Assembly (NCBI GenBank): GCA_963783575.1
Contig: CAWAOD010000009.1
Span: 544,001 to 608,000, forward strand
Source: an uncultured Spirochaetota bacterium
Lineage (GTDB): Bacteria > Spirochaetota > Brevinematia > Brevinematales > JAOACQ01
Reading direction: 5' to 3'
DNA length: 64,000 nucleotides
Shown here: one piece after another, positions 58,567-64,000 of the stretch
Position numbering within the stretch: position 1 is the first letter of the stretch
How the letters are laid out: every line of letters begins with the position of its first letter
Notes under the pieces: model-generated
Databases searched by the model: none
What the model was told of the DNA's origin: nothing
What the model saw: only the letters and a program-made list of their open reading frames with translations
Position numbers and translations under genes: made by a program

Positions 58567-60351
58567 ATGACTAAGAACAAAATACTTTTAAAATGGGTTG
58601 AAGAAATGGCATCCGTTTGCAAACCCGAAAAGATTCACTGGTGCGACGGCACAGAGGAAGAGTACAACAAAATGGCTGAAGATCTTGTAAAAAACGGAAC
58701 ATTTATAAAGTTAAATGAACATAAGCGGCCCAACAGTTACTATGCAAGATCGGATGCCGGGGATGTCGCTCGCGTGGAAGACAGGACTTTCATCTGCTCA
58801 AAAAATAAAGAAGACGCCGGTCCAACTAATAACTGGGTTGATCCAGTTGAAATGAAGAAAAAAATGCTAGACTTATATAAAGGTTGTATGATTGGAAGAA
58901 CAATGTTTGTAATCCCTTTCAGCATGGGACCTCTCGGTTCTAATATCTCGCATATTGGAGTAGAGTTGACCGATTCTCCCTATGTAGTTTGTAATATGAA
59001 AATTATGACCAGAATGGGGCAGAAAGTCCTTGACGTACTTGGCGATGGTGAATTCGTGCCATGTCTTCATTCGGTTGGCGCGCCTCTGAAACCCGGCCAA
59101 AAAGACGTTCCATGGCCGTGCAATCCCGATAATAAATACATTGTACATTTCCCAGAGGAAAAAACTATATGGTCATATGGATCGGGGTACGGCGGTAATG
59201 CGTTGCTCGGGAAAAAATGCTTTGCTTTAAGGATCGCATCGGTTATGGCAAAAGAAGAAGGCTGGCTGGCTGAGCATATGCTGATCCTTGGAATAACTAA
59301 TCCTAAAGGAGAAAAATATTATGTAGCAGCGGCATTTCCAAGCGCCTGCGGTAAGACCAATCTGGCCATGCTTATCCCTACGATCCCAGGATGGAAGGTT
59401 GACTGCATTGGTGATGATATTGCCTGGATGAAGTTCGGAAAAGACGGAAGGCTTTACGCAATAAACCCTGAATCGGGCTTTTTTGGCGTCGCGCCCGGAA
59501 CTTCAATGAAGTCAAATCCAAATGCTATGTTTTCGTTAAAAAGGAATTCCATTTTTACTAATACAGCCCTTACCCTGGATGGAGATATCTGGTGGGAGGA
59601 AATGACAGATAAACCCCCCGATAAATTGATCGACTGGAATGGGAATGAATGGGTTCCAGAATCCGGGAAAAAGGCGGCTCATCCCAACGCCCGCTTTACA
59701 TCTCCGGCATCCCAATGCCCGGCGATTGACCCTGCCTGGGAAGACCCTAAAGGAGTCCCTATTTCCGCGATACTTTTCGGAGGGAGAAGATCTTCCGTGG
59801 TTCCGCTTGTACACCAATCTTTCAACTGGCAGCATGGAACTTTCTTAGGCTCCATTATGGCAAGCGAAACAACCGCAGCGGCAGCAGGGGCAGTCGGGAA
59901 ATTACGACGCGACCCATTTGCAATGCTTCCTTTCTGCGGATATCATATGGGGGATTATTTTTCACATTGGATTAAAATTGGGAAGAAAAGCACTGAGGAT
60001 AAACTGCCAAAGATATTTTATGTAAACTGGTTCAGAAAATCCCCTGATGGAAAATGGCTGTGGCCCGGTTACGGCGAGAACAGCCGTGTGCTCAAATGGG
60101 TGATTGAGAGGATTAACGGTGGCTCTAAAGCAGAAAAAACGGCCATTGGTTATGTTCCATCGATAGACGGCCTTGATCTATCAGGCTTGAAAATAGATAA
60201 CAATGACTTGAAAATCCTTTTAAGCGTAGATAATGAAGAGTGGAAAAATGAGATCCAAGGGATTCATGATCATTTCAAGCAATTCGGCAGCCGTTTACCT
60301 GAAGAACTCAATATAGAACTCAATAATCTTAAGAAAAGACTAAATGATTAA
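58567..60351 (+). CDS. pckG: Phosphoenolpyruvate carboxykinase (GTP)
   Basis: [53 protein letters not shown]. Confidence 0.98.
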   Translation: MTKNKILLKWVEEMASVCKPEKIHWCDGTEEEYNKMAEDLVKNGTFIKLNEHKRPNSYYARSDAGDVARVEDRTFICSKNKEDAGPTNNWVDPVEMKKKMLDLYKGCMIGRTMFVIPFSMGPLGSNISHIGVELTDSPYVVCNMKIMTRMGQKVLDVLGDGEFVPCLHSVGAPLKPGQKDVPWPCNPDNKYIVHFPEEKTIWSYGSGYGGNALLGKKCFALRIASVMAKEEGWLAEHMLILGITNPKGEKYYVAAAFPSACGKTNLAMLIPTIPGWKVDCIGDDIAWMKFGKDGRLYAINPESGFFGVAPGTSMKSNPNAMFSLKRNSIFTNTALTLDGDIWWEEMTDKPPDKLIDWNGNEWVPESGKKAAHPNARFTSPASQCPAIDPAWEDPKGVPISAILFGGRRSSVVPLVHQSFNWQHGTFLGSIMASETTAAAAGAVGKLRRDPFAMLPFCGYHMGDYFSHWIKIGKKSTEDKLPKIFYVNWFRKSPDGKWLWPGYGENSRVLKWVIERINGGSKAEKTAIGYVPSIDGLDLSGLKIDNNDLKILLSVDNEEWKNEIQGIHDHFKQFGSRLPEELNIELNNLKKRLND

Positions 60352-60365
60352 GTGTGCAAATCGGT

Positions 60366-60391
60366 AAAGGGATGATATGAATCATCCCTTT
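60366..60391. terminator. Bidirectional terminator between convergent genes
   Basis: aaagggatgat-atga-atcatcccttt. Confidence 0.8.
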
Positions 60392-61836
60392 TACCCTTTA
60401 TTTTCTGCCGTTTTGATCTTTAAAAGGTTCTTTGAAACAACTTTATCTTTATAAATTTCTGGCAGATATTTTTTTACCATTGCTATCAATTCATCCTCAG
60501 ATATTGATGTAACTCTTCCTTCATCATATTCTTTTACAACCCAGGAGTAAATTTCTTTAACTCCTGCATGGTCTTTATGGATTTCATCCTTTTTATCAAG
60601 ATTGAAATATACGTTAATCCAGGCGCAAATACCGGATGCCCCTGATTTATCCGTTATTATTACTTCGGGAGACCTGTTAAGTATGGCTTTTGTGTCAAAA
60701 ATATTATAAATCTCCTCATCCTTTAGAAGCCCATCGGCATGTATTCCGGCTCTGGTGGTATTGAAATCCTTACCAACAAAGGGCATATTGACAGGAATAA
60801 CCGTATTTGTATGCATTTCCAGAAAATTCCTTATTTTTGTTATGACGCTTAAATCCATACCATTAGATGTTCCGAATAACTGCGTATATTCAACCGCCAT
60901 GCCTTCAAGCGGGGTGTTTCCAGTTCTTTCTCCGAACCCTAACAGCGTTGTATTTACTGCACAGCAGCCGTAAAGCCAGGCTGTGGCTCCATTAACCAGA
61001 GCCTTGTAAAAATCGTTATGGCCATGCCATTCAAGATTTTCCGAAGGAACCCCGGCGTATTCACGCAAACCATAAATTATTCCCTGAACAGAACGCGGCA
61101 GGGCGCTACCAGGATAATTGACGCCTAGGCCAAGGGTATCGCAGGCACGAATTTTTACCGGTATCTTTGATTCTTCCGCAATTTTCATTAATTCCGTGGC
61201 AAAAGGAACAACAAACCCGTAAAAGTCAGCCCTTGTTATGTCCTCAAAATGGCATCGAGGTATTACCCCTGCTGCAATGGCATCCTTAACTATCCCGAGA
61301 TAGAGATCCAATACCTCTCTTCTGTTCCTTTTCATTTTTTTGAAAATATGATAATCTGAGACGGACGTCAGAATACCGGTTTCTTTCATACCAAGACTTT
61401 TGACTAATTCAAAGTCAGATTTCGATGCTCTTACCCAGGAAGTGATTTCCGGATATTTAAAATCCAGTTCCAAACATTTTTCAACAGAGTCTCGGTCCCT
61501 TTTACTGTAAAGAAAAAACTCGGTCTGCCGTATCATTCCTTTTGGCCCGCCAAGCTCATTCAGATATTTGAAAAGCTGCACGATATGATCAATTTCGTAT
61601 GGCGGCCTGGATTGCTGTCCGTCCCGGAAAGAAGTATCGGTAATCCAGACATCTTTCGGAGTCTGCATCGGGACAAAACGGTCATTGAAAGGTATTTTCG
61701 GAACTTCCGTGTAGGGAAAAATATTGCGGTAATACTGACCTTCCTGAACATCCTCAAGGATATAAGTGTCCGGTGCGGCTTTCAACCTCCCGGTTTTTTC
61801 TTTTTTTATCAATGGTTTGTCAAGGTTATACTCCAT
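60391..61836 (-). CDS. Re-citrate synthase-like DRE-TIM metallolyase (IPMS superfamily)
   Basis: WITDTSFRDGQQSRPPY, IRQTEFFLYS, SVSDYHIFKK, RCHFEDITRAD, WHGHNDF, GERTGN resemble the Clostridium kluyveri Re-CS subfamily. Confidence 0.82.
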   Translation of the reverse strand: MEYNLDKPLIKKEKTGRLKAAPDTYILEDVQEGQYYRNIFPYTEVPKIPFNDRFVPMQTPKDVWITDTSFRDGQQSRPPYEIDHIVQLFKYLNELGGPKGMIRQTEFFLYSKRDRDSVEKCLELDFKYPEITSWVRASKSDFELVKSLGMKETGILTSVSDYHIFKKMKRNRREVLDLYLGIVKDAIAAGVIPRCHFEDITRADFYGFVVPFATELMKIAEESKIPVKIRACDTLGLGVNYPGSALPRSVQGIIYGLREYAGVPSENLEWHGHNDFYKALVNGATAWLYGCCAVNTTLLGFGERTGNTPLEGMAVEYTQLFGTSNGMDLSVITKIRNFLEMHTNTVIPVNMPFVGKDFNTTRAGIHADGLLKDEEIYNIFDTKAILNRSPEVIITDKSGASGICAWINVYFNLDKKDEIHKDHAGVKEIYSWVVKEYDEGRVTSISEDELIAMVKKYLPEIYKDKVVSKNLLKIKTAENKG

Positions 61837-62006
61837 AATTCCATCCTTATTATAATATAGCTTTGGTATTAATTCATTATATTATAATAAGTTCCGGTTT
61901 GAAAGTCAAAGAATGCTTCAATTTCCCTATTTATAGAATTTCTTTTCAAATATCAGGTAATTTAGTATAATAAATAAAGGCGGTTTAATAGGATAAAAGT
62001 GAAGTA

Positions 62007-62495
62007 ATACCATTCCAGCTTATTACAATTGATCTGCTTTCAGAATTAATTGTAAAAGCAAAGAATTCAGAACGGCTTCGTATGAATTATAATCTGCAAG
62101 AACTCCAGGATCAGGTCCAGCGTTTTTTAAACGCTATCGAGCCTGGTTCTTATATCCGGCCGCTCCGGCATGAAAATCCTCCGAAAACCGAATGTTTTGT
62201 AATTTTGAAAGGAAAATGCCTGATTTTTATTTTCGATGATGAAGGAAGAATTCTCTATATCAAAGAATTGAGCGAAAAGGGAAACCGCTGAGTTGATATA
62301 AATCCGGGCGTCTGGCATACAATAATAAGTTTGGAATCCGGAAGCGTTTTCTTTGAGGTAAAGGATGGACCTTATATACCATTAACCGACAAGGATTTCG
62401 CAGCCTGGGCCCCGCCTGAAAAAACTTCCGAATCTGTTGTTTACCTTAATTATTTAAAAAGAATGGCGAAAAACCTTAGTAATAAAAAATTATAA
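62007..62495 (+). pseudogene. WbuC-family cupin pseudogene
   Basis: VQRFLNAIEPGSYIRP...GNR*VDINPGVWHT...EVKDGPY...FAAWAP. In-frame TGA at 62289, probable ATG->ATA start, and expected His residues replaced. Confidence 0.78.
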
Positions 62496-62525
62496 TAACC
62501 ATTCCAAATAATTGGTAATTCCAAG

Positions 62526-63368
62526 TTACAGTAGTTTAATTCCATTATCAAAAATTTGGATTTTTCCTTCCTTATAAAGCATTCCGGCGGCTTTTTTAAA
62601 AGATTTTTTACTCATCTCAAGAGCAGACTGTATGGTTTCAGGCGGGCTATTGTCATTCAAAGGCAGGAAGCCTTTACTGTCTTTCAAGGCCTTAAATAAT
62701 CGGGCTTTACATGCATTGATTTCTTCAAGACCGTTTTTTCTTATAGTGACATCGATTTTACCGTCATCGCGAATTGTTTTTATATAGCCCTGAAGATTGT
62801 CCCCGATGTTAATTTTTTTGTAAACATCGTTCTGATAAAGTATCCCGGCATATTTTTGATTGATAATCGATTTATATCCCAGATCAGTAATTGCATAAAT
62901 AAGAAGGTTTACAATTACTCCAGTTTTTAAAAGATCCCTGTCTTCATCCAGGATTTCCCTTTCAAGAAATTTATCGATCTTTGCGGAAGCGAAAAGCCTG
63001 TCCGTCAATTTATCAAGACAGAGTTTTACAACATAACGCTTTCCTTTTTCAATGAATTTCGGCTGTTCACTGTAAGGCAGAAGAAGCTGGTTATCAATCC
63101 CCCAGTCCAGAAAAGCCCCGTATTTATTGATATCTTTCACTTCAAGAAAAGCGTATCCTTCAAGAATAAATTCAGGCTTCTGTGTTGTAGCGATTGGCCT
63201 ATTTTCTGAATCTTTATAAATAAAAACATGCAGGGTATCACCGATTTTTGTCCCTTTAGCCACATATTTTGCCGGTAGTAAAATTTCACTGTCTCCTGTG
63301 TTGAGATAAATCCCGAAATTCAATTCCTTAACGACTTTAAGATCATAATATTTGCCGATCTCGATCAT
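62526..63368 (-). CDS. cvfB: CvfB/YitL S1 RNA-binding domain protein
   Basis: FIYKDSENRPIATT, GAFLDWG, RDDGKID, SKKSFKKAAGMLYK. Confidence 0.88.
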   Translation of the reverse strand: MIEIGKYYDLKVVKELNFGIYLNTGDSEILLPAKYVAKGTKIGDTLHVFIYKDSENRPIATTQKPEFILEGYAFLEVKDINKYGAFLDWGIDNQLLLPYSEQPKFIEKGKRYVVKLCLDKLTDRLFASAKIDKFLEREILDEDRDLLKTGVIVNLLIYAITDLGYKSIINQKYAGILYQNDVYKKINIGDNLQGYIKTIRDDGKIDVTIRKNGLEEINACKARLFKALKDSKGFLPLNDNSPPETIQSALEMSKKSFKKAAGMLYKEGKIQIFDNGIKLL

Positions 63369-63488
63369 ACCTGTCTCCCGAATCTATATTTTAATTGGAT
63401 TCCTAAGATATTACAATATATTAATTTTTCCTTTTTTGTTTAATACAATATAATAATAACCGAATTACGCAATGAAAGGAGATTTTAA

Positions 63489-63986
63489 ATGAAATATCAA
63501 GAAATTATTAACCTCCTCAACCTGAAACCGCATCCTGAGGAAGGCGGTTATTTCAGCGAAACCTACAGGTCTGATGAAAATATTTCCGGCAGATCGCTGC
63601 CTGAAAGATATAATAGCGGCCGCAGTTTCGGAACTTGTATTTATTATCTTCTGACAAAGGATTCAATCTCGGCGATGCATAAATTGAATAGCGACGAGAT
63701 TTTTCATTTTTATCTGGGTGATCCCATTGAAATAACTCTACTTTATCCCGACGGTAGCGGGGGTATTCATATTCTTGGCCCGGATTTATCCGGGGGAATG
63801 AGACCTCAGATTATCGTTCCAATGGGTGTCTGGCAGGGTTCGAGACTTATCGGAGGAGATTTTGCACTTTTAGGGACAACAGTAGCCCCCGGTTTTGAAT
63901 ACGATGATTATGAGAATGGGAAAAGAGATAAATTAATTAAATTGTATCCTGAATTTATGAATAATATAATAAAACTCACAAAATAA
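63489..63986 (+). CDS. Cupin_5 (DUF985) family protein
   Basis: PHPEEGGYFSET, IYYLL, SDEIFHFYLG, GVWQ, TVAPGFEYDD. Confidence 0.92.
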   Translation: MKYQEIINLLNLKPHPEEGGYFSETYRSDENISGRSLPERYNSGRSFGTCIYYLLTKDSISAMHKLNSDEIFHFYLGDPIEITLLYPDGSGGIHILGPDLSGGMRPQIIVPMGVWQGSRLIGGDFALLGTTVAPGFEYDDYENGKRDKLIKLYPEFMNNIIKLTK

Positions 63987-64000
63987 TATTTATTTTTGGT

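Noticed and set aside
37134..62291. Stop-codon reassignment (TGA=Gly/Sec, TAG=Pyl/Trp, TAA=Tyr) to explain the in-frame stops
   Set aside because: The three internal stops are each a different codon, and all three codons terminate ordinary genes in the window. Long genes have no internal stops.
141..62318. Numerous short antisense or overlapping ORFs in the track (e.g. 4873-5313, 39810-40292, 43392-43598, 49038-49466)
   Set aside because: They shadow well-supported genes or repeats and lack RBS and family motifs.

Overview
AT-rich bacterial chromosomal window from a diderm, probably anaerobic organism (TonB system, beta-barrel proteins, Tat, Re-citrate synthase, DUF362/polyferredoxin). A spirochaete affiliation is my inference from gene content and cannot be confirmed here. 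Housekeeping genes include htrA, trpBA, tatAC, glyA, xerC/D, rlpA, pfk, xpb and pckG. Accessory blocks include a candidate sigma54-driven exbB-exbB-exbD-tonB operon, a cereblon-like gene, exported GH3 and GH116 glycosidases, three paralogs of an uncharacterised exported protein, an exported coiled-coil ClpP-like peptidase, and a Zur-type metal island with a decaying PCuAC/SCO pair. One IS1182 is nested in a palindromic non-autonomous repeat that occurs twice, each time abutting a housekeeping-gene stop codon. A MITE-like cruciform and other IS-end remnants are also present. Six genes carry single-base frameshifts, mostly in short runs and probably assembly errors. Several others carry substitution lesions that look like real decay. 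I recognised no rRNA, tRNA, CRISPR array or prophage. The most novel leads are the stop-codon-anchored palindromic element, the exported paralog family, the exported ClpP-like protein, the Zur-linked outer-membrane protein, and an apparent enrichment of [S/T]N motifs in exported proteins.
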